The notes: generated by a model not told the origin, from the sequence alone. 64,000 bases of DNA from Pseudomonas aeruginosa PAO1 (GCF_000006765.1 NC_002516.2); one strand, 5' to 3'. Counted from the stretch's first letter, positions 19,522-33,400 are shown. Program-made: numbers and translations.

Positions 19522-19947
19522 CTACTGGCATTTCGGGCACAGGTGCTTGCCTTCGCGGCTGCGCCAGCCCAGTTCGTGAATGCGTTCTTCGGCGGCCGGC
19601 GCCAGGGCCTTGCGACCGAGACTGGCGTCCACGGCGAACTCGAAGTCGAGACGAGCCTGGCACTGGTCGCAGTCGACCTGCCAGGTATGGATCGCCAGTT
19701 CGCGGAATGCCGGGCCGCGGGCGACCGCCAGCCACTGGCCGGGTGGGTTGATCAGGTGGCGAACCTTTTCCACGGTCAGGCGCATGCTCAGGGTCTTGCT
19801 GCCCTTGAGGCTGACCAGCAGCACGTCGTCGGCCTTGATCGAGCCGCCGGTGCCGGTGACCTGGTAGCGCCCCGGGGAGAGCGCGCGGCATTCGTTGAGG
19901 GTGTATTGCGGGTTGAGCAGGGTGTAACGGAAATCGTGTTCAGCCAT
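19522..19947 (-). CDS. Hypothetical protein with two CxxC pairs (zinc-ribbon-like)
   Basis: CDQC ... CPKC, 141 aa, GGAG RBS. Confidence 0.78.
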   Translation of the reverse strand: MAEHDFRYTLLNPQYTLNECRALSPGRYQVTGTGGSIKADDVLLVSLKGSKTLSMRLTVEKVRHLINPPGQWLAVARGPAFRELAIHTWQVDCDQCQARLDFEFAVDASLGRKALAPAAEERIHELGWRSREGKHLCPKCQ

Positions 19948-19982
19948 GGAGCCTCCAATCAGCCGCGCATGCTACCACGCCA

Positions 19983-20972
19983 TCAGGCCCGGACCCGATT
20001 GCGCGGCGTCCCGTCCTGCCAGGCGGCGATGTTGTCCAGGGTGGTGTCGGCGATCGCCGCCAGGGCCTCGCGGGTAAGGAAGGCCTGGTGGGCCGTCACC
20101 ACCACGTTGGGGAAGCTCAGCAGGCGTGCCAGCACGTCATCCTGCAGGGGCTGGTCGGAGCGATCCTCGAAAAAGATATCCGCTTCCTCTTCATAGACAT
20201 CGAGGCCGAGGTAGCCCAGTTGTCCGCTCTTCAGCGCCTCGATCAGCGCCGCGGCGTTCACCAGGGCGCCACGGCCGGTATTGATCAGCATCGCGCCGGG
20301 TTTCATCGTCGCCAGGCGCTGCGCGTCGATGAGGTGGCGGGTGTCGGCGGTCAGCGGGCAATGCAGGCTGACGATGTCGGACTCGGCGAGCAGGGCGTCG
20401 AGCGCCAGGTAGCGGCCGCCGAGTGCTTGGATGCGCGGATTGGGATAAGGATCGTAGGCCAGCAGCTCGCAGCCGAAGCCGGCCATGATGCGGGCGAAGG
20501 TCTCGCCGATCTGTCCGGTGCCGATCACTCCGACGCGTTTGCCGTGGAGGTCGAAGCCGGTCAGCCCATGCAGCGAGAAATCGCCCTCGCGGGTCCGGTT
20601 GTAGGCGCGGTGCAGGCGCCGGTTGAGCGTCAGGATCAGGCCGACCGCGTGCTCGGCGACAGCGTGCGGCGAATAGGCCGGGACGTGCACCACCGGCAGG
20701 CCGAGCGCTTCGGCGGCGGCCAGGTCGACGTGGTTGTAGCCGGCCGAGCGCAGGGCGACCAGGCGCGTGCCGCCGGCCGCCAGGCGTTCCAGCACCGGCC
20801 GCGAGAGGTCGTCGTTGACGAAGGCGCAGACTACTTCGAAGCCCTGGGCGAGGACCGCCGTGTCCGCCTGCAGGTGGGCCTGCTGGAAGTGCAGTTCGAA
20901 GCCGTGCCGGTGGTTGCTGGCCTGGAAGCTCTCGCTGTCGTAGGCCTGGCTGCTGAAGAACAGGATGCGCAT
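19983..20972 (-). CDS. ldhA: D-lactate dehydrogenase
   Basis: [36 protein letters not shown]. Confidence 0.95.
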   Translation of the reverse strand: MRILFFSSQAYDSESFQASNHRHGFELHFQQAHLQADTAVLAQGFEVVCAFVNDDLSRPVLERLAAGGTRLVALRSAGYNHVDLAAAEALGLPVVHVPAYSPHAVAEHAVGLILTLNRRLHRAYNRTREGDFSLHGLTGFDLHGKRVGVIGTGQIGETFARIMAGFGCELLAYDPYPNPRIQALGGRYLALDALLAESDIVSLHCPLTADTRHLIDAQRLATMKPGAMLINTGRGALVNAAALIEALKSGQLGYLGLDVYEEEADIFFEDRSDQPLQDDVLARLLSFPNVVVTAHQAFLTREALAAIADTTLDNIAAWQDGTPRNRVRA

Positions 20973-20974
20973 GG

Positions 20975-23752
<2,778 letters not shown>

Positions 23753-23912
23753 ACGTCTCTCCGTCGAGCCAGATCGGGATGGCCGACGCTCCCCGGCCAT
23801 ACGTTTACCCCGCGCAGTTTAGCGGGTCGCGGAAGGGGAATCTGCACCGATGTGCGCAGCCCGGCGGATTCGGCTTGCGACGAAGCGGAAAGATCGTGAA
23901 TACTGGCACGAT

Positions 23913-23927
23913 TGCTAATCAATCTTA
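23913..23927. promoter_or_regulatory. Candidate Fur box before pirR
   Basis: TGCTAAT-C-AATCTTA, 10/14 to the 7-1-7 consensus. Confidence 0.55.
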
Positions 23928-23937
23928 TTTGGCTGCC

Positions 23938-24657
23938 ATGTTCCCATCCCTGACGCCCGACCCCCGACTGCTGGCCATCGAGGACGATCCGACACTGGGC
24001 GCACATCTGTTCCAGCACCTCAATGGCAGCGGTTTCGAGGTGACCTGGTGCCGAGACGGGGAAGAGGGGTTGGCGGCTGCGCGCAGCGGCGGCTATGACC
24101 TGATCCTGATGGACATCATGCTGCCCGGGCGCGATGGCCTCGAGATTCTTCGCCAACTCCGCCAGGAGCAGGCGCTGCCGGTGATCCTGATGTCAGCCCT
24201 GGGCGCCGAGCAGGACCGCATCGCCGGGTTCAGCCAGGGCGCCGACGATTATCTGCCGAAGCCTTTCAGCCTGGCCGAGCTGCGGGTACGCATCGATGCC
24301 ATCCTGCGTCGGATCGCCCTGGAGCGGGGGGGCGCGCCGGGCCGCTGCGCCGAACCGCTGGCGCGGCCCTCGCTGCAATTCTCTGCCGATGTCTGCGATG
24401 TCAGCCTTGGCGAGCGGTTCGCCGGCCTGACGCCGACCGAATACCGCCTGCTGGAAACCTTCCTCGCCGCGGAAGGCGAGACCCTGACCAAGGCCTTCCT
24501 TTACCAGCATGTCCTGCACCGCGGTCATACCCAGCATGATCGCAGCCTGGACATGCACGTCAGTCACCTGCGGCGCAAGCTGCAACGCCTCGGTTACGCC
24601 GGTCACCAGTTGCATACCGTCTGGGGCAAGGGTTACGTCCTGACACCGGCGCCATGA
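23938..24657 (+). CDS. pirR: OmpR-family response regulator PirR
   Basis: Receiver (ILMDIMLP, ADDYLPKPF) plus winged helix; upstream of a kinase and a TonB receptor. Confidence 0.92.
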   Translation: MFPSLTPDPRLLAIEDDPTLGAHLFQHLNGSGFEVTWCRDGEEGLAAARSGGYDLILMDIMLPGRDGLEILRQLRQEQALPVILMSALGAEQDRIAGFSQGADDYLPKPFSLAELRVRIDAILRRIALERGGAPGRCAEPLARPSLQFSADVCDVSLGERFAGLTPTEYRLLETFLAAEGETLTKAFLYQHVLHRGHTQHDRSLDMHVSHLRRKLQRLGYAGHQLHTVWGKGYVLTPAP

Positions 24658-25994
24658 TGCCCAACCGTCATTCGCTGTTCTGGCGCCTGGCCCTGGTGCT
24701 GGTGGCGTTCTTCCTGCTATCGGTATGGCTGTCCTGGACCTGGGGACGCAGTGCCGAACTGAAGGGTTACTACCTGTCCGCCGAAGCCCGCTCCGCCTTG
24801 GCGGATTATGCGCGGCGAGCCGAACGTGCCTGGCTCGACGATGGCCGCGAGGGCATCGACCGTTGGCTGGCCGAGCCGCGCCAGCGGGCGCTGGACTGGG
24901 TGGTCGTGCTCGACGGACGGCTGCAATCGCTGGGCAGTCGTCCGCTCACCACGGAGGAAGCCGAGCGCCTGACTTTCCTGCGGGGCGTCGACTGGCCGAT
25001 GAGCTCCCGCTCGTTGTCGCGGCCGTTCATCAGCCTGCGCTTCCCCGAACATCCGGAGCAAGGCCGGGTGGTCCTGCGTCTTCCCGCCGAGTTCGTCCCT
25101 CCCGGCTTGTCGCCGGCCAAGCGCCTGGTCACCCATGGCCTGGTGCCGGCCGGGCTGGCCCTGCTGCTGGGAGTGTTGCTGTATCGGCGCTGGATAGTGC
25201 CGCTGGGACGCCTGCGAGCGCAGGCCAATGCCCTGCGCGGCAACGACCTGACGGCGCGTACGCAGGCAGAGATCAGCCGGCGCAGCGACGAGTTGGGCGA
25301 TCTGGGGCGGGCGTTCGACCATATGGCCGAGCGACTCGACGAGCACATGGTGTTGCAGCGCCAACTGCTCCGCGATCTCTCCCACGAGCTGCGCACGCCG
25401 CTGGCGCGCCTGCAGGTGGCGGCAGAGGGCACGCTGTCCGCGCAGCTCCTGCGCGAGCGCCTGGAGCAGGAGGTACAGGGCATGCAGCAACTGGTGGACA
25501 ACACCCTGGAGCTGGCCTGGATGGACACCGAACGCCCGGTATTGGCGCTGGAGGACATTTCCATCCCGGCGTTATGGGACCTGCTGGTGGAGAACGCACG
25601 CTTCGAAAGCGGCTGGGCCGCCGAGCGGTTCCGCAGCGCTCTGCCCGAGGATTGTGTCGTGCGTGGCAACCTCAATGCACTTGCCCAGGCCCTGGAGAAC
25701 CTGCTGCGCAACGCCATCCGGCATTCGCCGGAAGGCGGCGTGATCCGCCTGCATGGTCGGCGCGAAGGAAGTTGCTGGTGGCTTTGCCTGGAAGACCAGG
25801 GCGAGGGTGTGGCCGAGCACCAGTTGGAGACCATCTTCCGCCCGTTCACCCGGCTGTCTTCGGCACGTACCGGCAAGGGCTTCGGCCTGGGACTGAGCAT
25901 TGCCCGTCGCGCCGTGGTGCTCCAGGGCGGCCGCCTATGGGCGGAAGCCGCCGATCCGGGGCTGCGCCTGTGCCTGGTGCTGCCTTCTGCCTAG
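24654..25994 (+). CDS. pirS: Sensor histidine kinase PirS
   Basis: 2 TMs, HAMP, DLSHELRTPL, ENLLRNAIRH, GFGLGLSIA. Confidence 0.92.
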   Translation: MMPNRHSLFWRLALVLVAFFLLSVWLSWTWGRSAELKGYYLSAEARSALADYARRAERAWLDDGREGIDRWLAEPRQRALDWVVVLDGRLQSLGSRPLTTEEAERLTFLRGVDWPMSSRSLSRPFISLRFPEHPEQGRVVLRLPAEFVPPGLSPAKRLVTHGLVPAGLALLLGVLLYRRWIVPLGRLRAQANALRGNDLTARTQAEISRRSDELGDLGRAFDHMAERLDEHMVLQRQLLRDLSHELRTPLARLQVAAEGTLSAQLLRERLEQEVQGMQQLVDNTLELAWMDTERPVLALEDISIPALWDLLVENARFESGWAAERFRSALPEDCVVRGNLNALAQALENLLRNAIRHSPEGGVIRLHGRREGSCWWLCLEDQGEGVAEHQLETIFRPFTRLSSARTGKGFGLGLSIARRAVVLQGGRLWAEAADPGLRLCLVLPSA

Positions 25995-26009
25995 CGAGGC
26001 GCAGGTGCC

Positions 26010-26064
26010 TTTACATTTGGCCTGGATGTAAATGATCTTTACTCTCTTTTGTTAATGATTATCA
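26010..26064 (+). promoter_or_regulatory. pirA control region: inverted repeat plus Fur box
   Basis: TTTACAT-N9-ATGTAAA (26010-26032); TGTTAAT-G-ATTATCA (26050-26064, 13/14 Fur). Confidence 0.75.
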
Positions 26065-26229
26065 TCCGTGCCGATCTCCTCGGCCGGCCTTGTTCCGGGT
26101 CTGCGCCCTGTCCTACCCGTGCCGAGACGTCACCCGCGCAACGCCGGCGACCCAGGCTTCAGAAAAAACGTCAACGTATCCCTCGTGGCTCGCCTGCTAC
26201 CCGTTTTCCCTCGACAGGAGTAGTCACGC

Positions 26230-28458
26230 ATGTACCCCCAATTCCGTCGCGGCCATCTCGCCGCTGCCGTCCTTTTCGCTTCATCGAGCCTGCTGGGCGG
26301 GCAGGCCCTGGCCGAGGACGAGCGCCTGGAAGAACTGGACGAACGCGCCGAATCGGTGGTCCAGCTGGGTGACGAGGTGGTGCTGGGCACCGCCGAACAG
26401 GAGCTCAAGCAGGCACCGGGGGTATCCATCATCACCGCCGAGGACATCAGGAAGCGCCCGCCGGTGAACGATCTCTCCGAGATCATCCGCACCATGCCCG
26501 GGGTCAACCTCACCGGCAACAGTTCCAGCGGCCAGCGCGGCAACAACCGGCAGATCGACATCCGCGGCATGGGGCCGGAGAACACCCTGATCCTGGTCGA
26601 CGGCAAACCGGTCAGCTCGCGCAACTCGGTGCGCTACGGCTGGCGCGGCGAACGCGACACCCGCGGCGACAGCAACTGGGTGCCGCCGGAGGAGGTCGAG
26701 CGCATCGAGGTCCTCCGTGGGCCCGCGGCGGCACGCTACGGTTCCGGCGCGGCGGGCGGGGTAGTCAACATCATCACCAAGCGCCCGACCGATCGTTTGC
26801 GTGGTTCCATGACGGTGTTCACCAACATTCCGGAAAGCTCCAAGGATGGCGCCACGCGCCGCGCCAACTTCAGCCTTAGCGGGCCGCTGACCGAAGCCTT
26901 GAGCTTCCGCGCGTACGGCAGCGCGAACAAGACCGATTCGGACGATACCGACATCAACCTCGGACATACCGTCAACCCGAGCCGTACCGTGGCCGGACGC
27001 GAAGGGGTACGCAATCGCGATCTCAGCGGGATGCTGTCGTGGCAGGTGACCCCCGACCAGGTCGTCGATTTCGAAGCGGGCTTCAGCCGACAGGGCAATA
27101 TCTATGCCGGCGATACCCAGAACAACAACGGCACCGCCAATACCCAGGGACTCGCCGACGACGGTGCGGAGACCAACCGCATGTATCGCGAGAACTACGC
27201 CATCACCCACAACGGGACCTGGTCGTTCGGTACTTCCAGGTTCGTCGCCCAGTACGACTCCACCCGCAACAACCGTCTGGAGGAGGGGCTGGCCGGTTCC
27301 GTCGAGGGGCAGATCGGCGCCGACCGTTCGTTCAGCGCCAGCAAGCTGGAGAACTATCGCCTCAGCGGCGAACTCAACCTTCCGTTGCATGCGTTGTTCG
27401 AGCAGGTGCTGACGGTGGGCGCGGAGTGGAACAAGGAAACCCTCAACGACCCGTCCTCGCTCAAGCAGGGCTTCGTGGGAAGCGATAGCTTGCCGGGGAC
27501 CCCCGCGGCCGGCTCGCGAAGCCCGAAAAGCAAGGCGGAGATCCGCGCGCTGTACGTGGAAGACAATATCGAACTGCGCCCCGGCACCATGCTCACCCCC
27601 GGGCTGCGCCTGGACGATCACAGCGACTTCGGCCTGAACTGGAGCCCGAGCCTGAACGCTTCCCAAACGCTCGGCGAATACTTCACGGTCAAGGCCGGTA
27701 TCGCACGGGCCTTCAAGGCGCCCAACCTGTACCAGAGCAACCCGAACTACCTGCTCTATACCCGTGGCAACGGTTGCCCGATCCAGACTAGCAGCGGCGG
27801 CTGCTACCTGGTCGGCAACGAGAACCTGGACGCCGAGACCAGCGTAAACAAGGAACTGGGCATCGAGTTCCGGCGCGATGGCTGGGTCGCCGGGCTCACC
27901 TACTTCCGCAACGACTACAAGAACAAGATCGTCGCGCCGCTGGATGTCATGGGACAGACCGGGACCGGCAACAACATCCTGCAATGGAGCAACGCGAAGA
28001 AAGCAGTGGTCGAGGGCCTGGAAGGCAACCTGCTGGTCCCCCTGCACGAGGACCTGAGCTGGAGCACCAACCTGACCTATATGCTGCAATCCAAGGACAA
28101 GGACACCGGCAACCCGCTTTCGGTGATCCCCGAGTACACCCTGAACTCGACCCTGGACTGGCAGGCCAGCGAGCGTCTTTCCACCCAACTGACCAGCACC
28201 ATCTACGGCCGCCAGGAGCCGCCGAAGCATGGCACCAGCCGCAACACGCCGGTGGTCTCGCGAAAAGAGGTGGGTACCTATGGCATCTGGGGCGTCAGCG
28301 CCGGCTACACCTTCAGCGAGAACCTGAGCGTACGGGGCGGGGTAAGCAACCTCTTCGACAAGCGCCTGTACCGCCAGGGCAACTCCTTCGACGCCGGCGC
28401 GGCAACCTACAACGAGCCGGGTCGCGCCTACTACGTTTCGATGACCACCTCGTTCTGA
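26230..28458 (+). CDS. pirA: TonB-dependent ferric catechol/enterobactin receptor PirA
   Basis: FepA-like plug (LKQAPGVSIIT, GNNRQIDIRGMGPEN), beta-barrel, terminal Phe. Confidence 0.95.
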   Translation: MYPQFRRGHLAAAVLFASSSLLGGQALAEDERLEELDERAESVVQLGDEVVLGTAEQELKQAPGVSIITAEDIRKRPPVNDLSEIIRTMPGVNLTGNSSSGQRGNNRQIDIRGMGPENTLILVDGKPVSSRNSVRYGWRGERDTRGDSNWVPPEEVERIEVLRGPAAARYGSGAAGGVVNIITKRPTDRLRGSMTVFTNIPESSKDGATRRANFSLSGPLTEALSFRAYGSANKTDSDDTDINLGHTVNPSRTVAGREGVRNRDLSGMLSWQVTPDQVVDFEAGFSRQGNIYAGDTQNNNGTANTQGLADDGAETNRMYRENYAITHNGTWSFGTSRFVAQYDSTRNNRLEEGLAGSVEGQIGADRSFSASKLENYRLSGELNLPLHALFEQVLTVGAEWNKETLNDPSSLKQGFVGSDSLPGTPAAGSRSPKSKAEIRALYVEDNIELRPGTMLTPGLRLDDHSDFGLNWSPSLNASQTLGEYFTVKAGIARAFKAPNLYQSNPNYLLYTRGNGCPIQTSSGGCYLVGNENLDAETSVNKELGIEFRRDGWVAGLTYFRNDYKNKIVAPLDVMGQTGTGNNILQWSNAKKAVVEGLEGNLLVPLHEDLSWSTNLTYMLQSKDKDTGNPLSVIPEYTLNSTLDWQASERLSTQLTSTIYGRQEPPKHGTSRNTPVVSRKEVGTYGIWGVSAGYTFSENLSVRGGVSNLFDKRLYRQGNSFDAGAATYNEPGRAYYVSMTTSF

Positions 28459-28481
28459 TCGCCGCGGCCAACGCGCTTTCA

Positions 28482-28512
28482 CCGGCAGGCGCAACGCCTG
28501 TCGGACCTTTCT
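28482..28512 (+). terminator. Probable pirA terminator
   Basis: CCGGCAGGCG-CAA-CGCCTGTCGG then ACCTTTCTTT. Confidence 0.55.
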
Positions 28513-28707
28513 TTGGCGTTGGTCAGGCATCGGCTGTCCAACGCCAGGTTTTCTCTTCGGACGCCTCTGGTCATCGCATCGCATGCCGTTTCGGGCGGTC
28601 TTTCGGCTGAATCGGCATGCATGACCGGATATTGCGGTGCTAGGGTCCGGCCCCAGTTTCCCGGTATCATGCTCAGCCTTTACCGTCAGTGCCGAACGAG
28701 TGCCTCC

Positions 28708-29607
28708 ATGACCGTGCAGTACCCGACTATCGCCGACTGCGTTGGCAATACCCCTCTGGTGCGTCTGCAGCGCCTTCCCGGGGAAACCTCCAATACCCTG
28801 CTGGTGAAGCTCGAAGGCAACAACCCGGCGGGATCGGTGAAGGACCGCCCGGCCCTGTCGATGATCACCCGTGCCGAACTGCGCGGCGACATCCGCCCCG
28901 GCGATACGCTGATCGAGGCTACTTCCGGCAACACCGGCATCGCCCTGGCCATGGCGGCGGCGATCAAGGGTTACAAGATGATCCTGATCATGCCGGACAA
29001 CTCCACGGCCGAACGCAAGGCGGCGATGACCGCCTATGGCGCCGAGCTCATTCTGGTCAGCAAGGAAGAGGGCATGGAGGGCGCGCGCGATCTGGCCGAC
29101 AAGCTGCAGCGCGAAGGCCGCGGCAAGGTCCTCGACCAGTTCGCCAATGGCGACAACCCGGAAGCCCATTACCACAGCACCGGCCCGGAAATCTGGCAGC
29201 AGACCGGCGGCAGCATCACCCATTTCGTCAGCTCCATGGGCACCACCGGGACCATCATGGGCGTCTCGCGCTACCTCAAGGAGCAGAACCCGGCGGTGCA
29301 GATCGTCGGCCTGCAACCCATGGAGGGCTCGGCCATCCCGGGAATCCGACGCTGGCCGCAGGAATACCTGCCGAAGATCTATGACGCCAGTCGCGTCGAC
29401 CGGGTCGTCGACATGCACCAGGACGAAGCCGAGGACATCATGCGCCGGCTGGCCCGCGAGGAAGGCATCTTCTGCGGCGTGTCCTCCGGTGGGGCGGTGG
29501 CGGCGATGCTGCGCCTGTCCCGCGAACTGGAGAATGCCGTGCTGGTGGCGATCATCTGCGACCGCGGCGACCGCTACCTGTCTTCCGGCGTCTATGACCC
29601 GCGCTGA
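28708..29607 (+). CDS. cysM: Cysteine synthase B
   Basis: NPAGSVKDR (PLP Lys), EATSGNTG. Confidence 0.96.
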   Translation: MTVQYPTIADCVGNTPLVRLQRLPGETSNTLLVKLEGNNPAGSVKDRPALSMITRAELRGDIRPGDTLIEATSGNTGIALAMAAAIKGYKMILIMPDNSTAERKAAMTAYGAELILVSKEEGMEGARDLADKLQREGRGKVLDQFANGDNPEAHYHSTGPEIWQQTGGSITHFVSSMGTTGTIMGVSRYLKEQNPAVQIVGLQPMEGSAIPGIRRWPQEYLPKIYDASRVDRVVDMHQDEAEDIMRRLAREEGIFCGVSSGGAVAAMLRLSRELENAVLVAIICDRGDRYLSSGVYDPR

Positions 29608-29615
29608 GCATGTCC

Positions 29616-30968
29616 ATGGCCAGAAATAAGGGCGGGCTGCGCTTCCAGCCCAGCGGTGGTGCGCGCGGTCCCGCGATACCGGTAGGCAAGAAGCAGCGCC
29701 TGACCATCGAGCGCCTGGCCCATGACGGCCGAGGTATCGCCCACGAGGCGGGGATGACCTGGTTCGTCAGCGGAGGGCTGCCTGGCGAGGAACTTGAGGC
29801 CCGGGTGCTGGGCGCACGAAGCAAGGTGGTCGACGCGCGCAGCGAGCGCCTGTTCAGCAGTAGCGACCTGCGTCGCCGCGAGCCCTGCACTGTAGCGGGT
29901 CGCTGCGGCGGCTGCACCCTGCAGCACCTGGAACACGGCGAGCAGTTGGCCCTGAAGCAGCGTACCTTGCAGGAGCAGTTGCAGCGTTTCGCCGGGATCG
30001 AGCCGGAAGAATGGGCCGCCCCTCTGGTCGGGCCCGAATTCGGCTATCGGCGCCGCGCTCGGATCGCCGTGCGCTGGGATGCCAGGGCGCGGCGTCTGGA
30101 TGTCGGCTTCCGTGCCTCGGCCAGCCAGGAGATCGTCGCCTTCGATGAGTGCCTGGTCCTGGTGCCGCCTTTGCAAACGATTGCCCGTGCCCTGCCTGCT
30201 CTTCTGCAGGACTTCCGCAAGCCGGAAAGCATCGGCCACGTGGAGCTCTTCCATGGCACGGCCAGTGCATTGCTGTTGCGGCATACGACTGCCCTGGTCG
30301 ACGAGGATCGCCAGCGCCTGGCCGCTTTCTGCTCCGCACACCAGGCCCAGCTCTGGCTGCAAGGTGCGGAACAGCCCTTGCCGGTGGAGCCGGCCGCCGA
30401 ACTGGGCTACTCCTTGGGTGACTGGCAACTGACTCTGGCATACCGACCCGGAGACTTCGTCCAGGTCAATGCGCCGGTGAACGAGTCGATGATCCGCCAG
30501 GCCCTTGACTGGCTGGCGCCGACCGCCGACGAGCGGGTCCTCGACCTGTTCTGCGGGCTGGGCAATTTCTCCCTGCCGCTGGCGCGCCGGGTGGCGCGGG
30601 TAGTCGGGGTGGAGGGCGTGGCGGCGATGGTCGAGCGGGCAGGCGCCAACGCGCTGGCCAATGGCCTTGGCAACGCGCACTTTTTCCAGGCCGACCTGTC
30701 CAAAGCGCTTGCCGAAGCGCCCTGGGCGGAGCAAGGTTTTACCGCTGTGCTGCTCGATCCGCCGCGCGACGGCGCGTTCGAGGCGGTACGCGAAATGAGT
30801 TCTCTGGGTGCCCGGAGGGTAGTCTATGTATCCTGCAATCCGGCGACCCTGGCGCGCGATGCTGGCGAAATGGCCAGGCAGGGCTATCGTCTGAAGCGCG
30901 CCGGAATCCTCGATATGTTTCCGCAGACCGCACATGTCGAGGCCATGGCTTTGTTCGAGGCAGGCTAG
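29616..30968 (+). CDS. rlmD: 23S rRNA m5U1939 methyltransferase
   Basis: TRAM, Fe-S CxxxxxCGGC, [25 protein letters not shown]; upstream of relA. Confidence 0.94.
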   Translation: MARNKGGLRFQPSGGARGPAIPVGKKQRLTIERLAHDGRGIAHEAGMTWFVSGGLPGEELEARVLGARSKVVDARSERLFSSSDLRRREPCTVAGRCGGCTLQHLEHGEQLALKQRTLQEQLQRFAGIEPEEWAAPLVGPEFGYRRRARIAVRWDARARRLDVGFRASASQEIVAFDECLVLVPPLQTIARALPALLQDFRKPESIGHVELFHGTASALLLRHTTALVDEDRQRLAAFCSAHQAQLWLQGAEQPLPVEPAAELGYSLGDWQLTLAYRPGDFVQVNAPVNESMIRQALDWLAPTADERVLDLFCGLGNFSLPLARRVARVVGVEGVAAMVERAGANALANGLGNAHFFQADLSKALAEAPWAEQGFTAVLLDPPRDGAFEAVREMSSLGARRVVYVSCNPATLARDAGEMARQGYRLKRAGILDMFPQTAHVEAMALFEAG

Positions 30969-31052
30969 GATGCCTGCGTAATCCGACCAGCCCGTTCGAA
31001 GGCTGGCGCAGTCATCGGTGGGCTACGCGCACCGTGGTAAAGGGTAGGCAAG

Positions 31053-33296
31053 ATGGTACAGGTGAGAGCGCACCAGCCGGTCAACACCGACGGCAGTATC
31101 AACCTCGAGGCCTGGCTGGACCACGTCCAGAACCTCGTCCCCGGGCTCGATCGTCAGGGCTTGCTGGAGGCTTGCGAGTTCGCTCGCGAATCCGAGCAGC
31201 GAGCGATCGCCGCACAGAACTCCTGGGCGGAAGGCACGTCCAGCTTCCAGACCGGACTGGAAATCGCCGAGATCCTCGCGGATCTCAAGCTGGATCAGGA
31301 GTCCCTGGTCGCCGCGGTCATCTATCGAGGCGTGCGGGAAGGCAAGATCACCCTGGAAGCGGTCAACAAGCATTTCGGGCCGGTGGTGGCCAAGCTGATC
31401 GAGGGCGTGCTGCGCATGGCCGCGATCAGCGCCAGCCTCAATCCGCGCCATTCCATGGTGCTGGGTACCCAGGCGCAGGTGGAGAACCTGCGCAAGATGC
31501 TGGTGGCGATGGTCGACGACGTTCGCGTCGCCCTGATCAAGCTGGCCGAGCGCACCTGCGCCATTCGCGCGGTGAAGAACGCCGACGAGGAAAAGCGCCA
31601 CCGCGTCGCCCGGGAAGTCTTCGATATCTACGCGCCGCTGGCCCACCGCCTGGGCATCGGGCATATCAAGTGGGAGCTGGAGGACCTGTCCTTCCGTTAC
31701 CTCGAGCCCGACCAGTACAAGCAGATCGCCAAGCTGCTGCACGAGCGCCGGCTGGATCGTGAGCAGTACATCGCCAACGTGATGAGCCAGTTGAAGGAAG
31801 CTCTCGCGGCCACCGGCGTACAGGCCGATCTCAGCGGACGGGCGAAACACATCTATTCGATCTGGCGCAAGATGCAGCGCAAGGGCCTGGACTTCAGCCA
31901 GATCTACGACGTTCGCGCCGTGCGCGTGCTCGTTCCGGAGATGCGCGACTGCTACACCGCGCTGGGCATCGTGCATACCCTCTGGCGGCACATTCCCAAG
32001 GAGTTCGACGACTACATCGCCAACCCCAAGGAAAACGGCTATCGCTCGCTGCATACCGCAGTGATCGGCCCCGAGGGGAAGGTGCTGGAAGTACAGATCC
32101 GTACCCACTCCATGCACGAAGAGGCGGAGCTCGGAGTCTGCGCGCACTGGCGCTACAAGGGGACCGACGTCAAGGCCAGCTCCAACCATTACGAGGAAAA
32201 GATCTCCTGGCTGCGCCAGGTGCTCGAATGGCACGAGGAACTGGGCGACATCGGTGGCCTGGCGGAGCAACTGCGGGTCGATATCGAGCCGGACAGGGTC
32301 TACGTCTTCACTCCCGACGGCCATGCCATCGACCTGCCCAAGGGCGCGACCCCGCTGGATTTCGCCTATCGGGTCCACACTGAAGTCGGGCACAACTGCC
32401 GCGGGGCGAAGATCAACGGACGCATCGTGCCGCTGAACTACAGCCTGCAGACCGGCGAGCAGGTCGAGATCATAACCGGCAAGCACAGCGGTCCGAGCCG
32501 CGACTGGCTGAACAGCAACCTGGGCTACGTCACCACCTCCCGGGCGCGGGCGAAGATCGTCCACTGGTTCAAGCTGCAGGCGCGGGACCAGAACGTCGCT
32601 GCCGGCAAGGCCCTGATCGAACGCGAGCTGTCGCGCCTGGCGCTGCCGCCGGTGGATTTCGACCGGCTGGCGGAGAAGGCCAACGTGCGTACCGCCGAGG
32701 ATATGTTCGCCGCTCTCGGCGCCGGCGACCTGCGCTTGGCGCACCTGGTCAACTATGCCCAGCAACTGGTCGAGCCGGACCGCGACAGCGAGCAACTCGA
32801 ACTGATCCCGCGCAAGCCGAGCAAGATCGGCCACGGCAAGCGCGGCGACGTGCAGATCCAGGGTGTCGGCAACCTCCTGACGCAGATGGCCGGCTGCTGC
32901 CAGCCGCTGCCGGGAGATCCCATCGTCGGCTACATCACGCTGGGCCGTGGGGTCACCATCCACCGCCAGGATTGCGCCACCGCGCTGCAACTGGCGGGAC
33001 GCGAACCGGAGCGGATGATCCAGGTCAGCTGGGGGCCGGAGCCGGTTCGCACCTATCCGGTGGATATCGCGATCCGTGCCTATGATCGTTCCGGCCTGTT
33101 GCGCGACGTGTCCCAGGTGCTGCTCAACGAGCGGATCAACGTTCTGGCGGTGAATACCCGTTCGAACAAGGAAGACAACACCGCGACCATGCAACTGACC
33201 ATCGAGATTCCCGGTCTGGACGCTCTTGGACGCCTGCTGGCGCGCGTCTCGCAACTGCCCAACATCATCGAGGCGCGGCGCAACCGTACGCCTTGA
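31053..33296 (+). CDS. relA: (p)ppGpp synthetase I
   Basis: 747 aa; degenerate HD domain, synthetase, TGS, ACT. Confidence 0.97.
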   Translation: MVQVRAHQPVNTDGSINLEAWLDHVQNLVPGLDRQGLLEACEFARESEQRAIAAQNSWAEGTSSFQTGLEIAEILADLKLDQESLVAAVIYRGVREGKITLEAVNKHFGPVVAKLIEGVLRMAAISASLNPRHSMVLGTQAQVENLRKMLVAMVDDVRVALIKLAERTCAIRAVKNADEEKRHRVAREVFDIYAPLAHRLGIGHIKWELEDLSFRYLEPDQYKQIAKLLHERRLDREQYIANVMSQLKEALAATGVQADLSGRAKHIYSIWRKMQRKGLDFSQIYDVRAVRVLVPEMRDCYTALGIVHTLWRHIPKEFDDYIANPKENGYRSLHTAVIGPEGKVLEVQIRTHSMHEEAELGVCAHWRYKGTDVKASSNHYEEKISWLRQVLEWHEELGDIGGLAEQLRVDIEPDRVYVFTPDGHAIDLPKGATPLDFAYRVHTEVGHNCRGAKINGRIVPLNYSLQTGEQVEIITGKHSGPSRDWLNSNLGYVTTSRARAKIVHWFKLQARDQNVAAGKALIERELSRLALPPVDFDRLAEKANVRTAEDMFAALGAGDLRLAHLVNYAQQLVEPDRDSEQLELIPRKPSKIGHGKRGDVQIQGVGNLLTQMAGCCQPLPGDPIVGYITLGRGVTIHRQDCATALQLAGREPERMIQVSWGPEPVRTYPVDIAIRAYDRSGLLRDVSQVLLNERINVLAVNTRSNKEDNTATMQLTIEIPGLDALGRLLARVSQLPNIIEARRNRTP

Positions 33297-33310
33297 GGCG
33301 AGGCGGAAAC

Positions 33311-33346
33311 AGGCCACGGGCGCTCGCAGGCTGCCCGTGGCCTTTT
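33311..33346 (+). terminator. Terminator after relA
   Basis: 11-bp stem AGGCCACGGGC/GCCCGTGGCCT + TTT. Confidence 0.8.
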
Positions 33347-33400
33347 CGTTTCCGGAAAGGGCAGAATGCCCGGACCGTTCACTGAAGACCCGAGATACCC

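Noticed and set aside
26281-29418. 1045-aa minus-strand ORF (also 31023-33317, 12230-13897, 8550-9932, 56438-58201 and similar)
   Set aside because: Antisense shadows of real genes, caused by GC-rich codon bias; no family motifs.
33297-33400. mazEF toxin-antitoxin between relA and mazG as in E. coli
   Set aside because: Only 104 bp, containing a terminator; no coding room.
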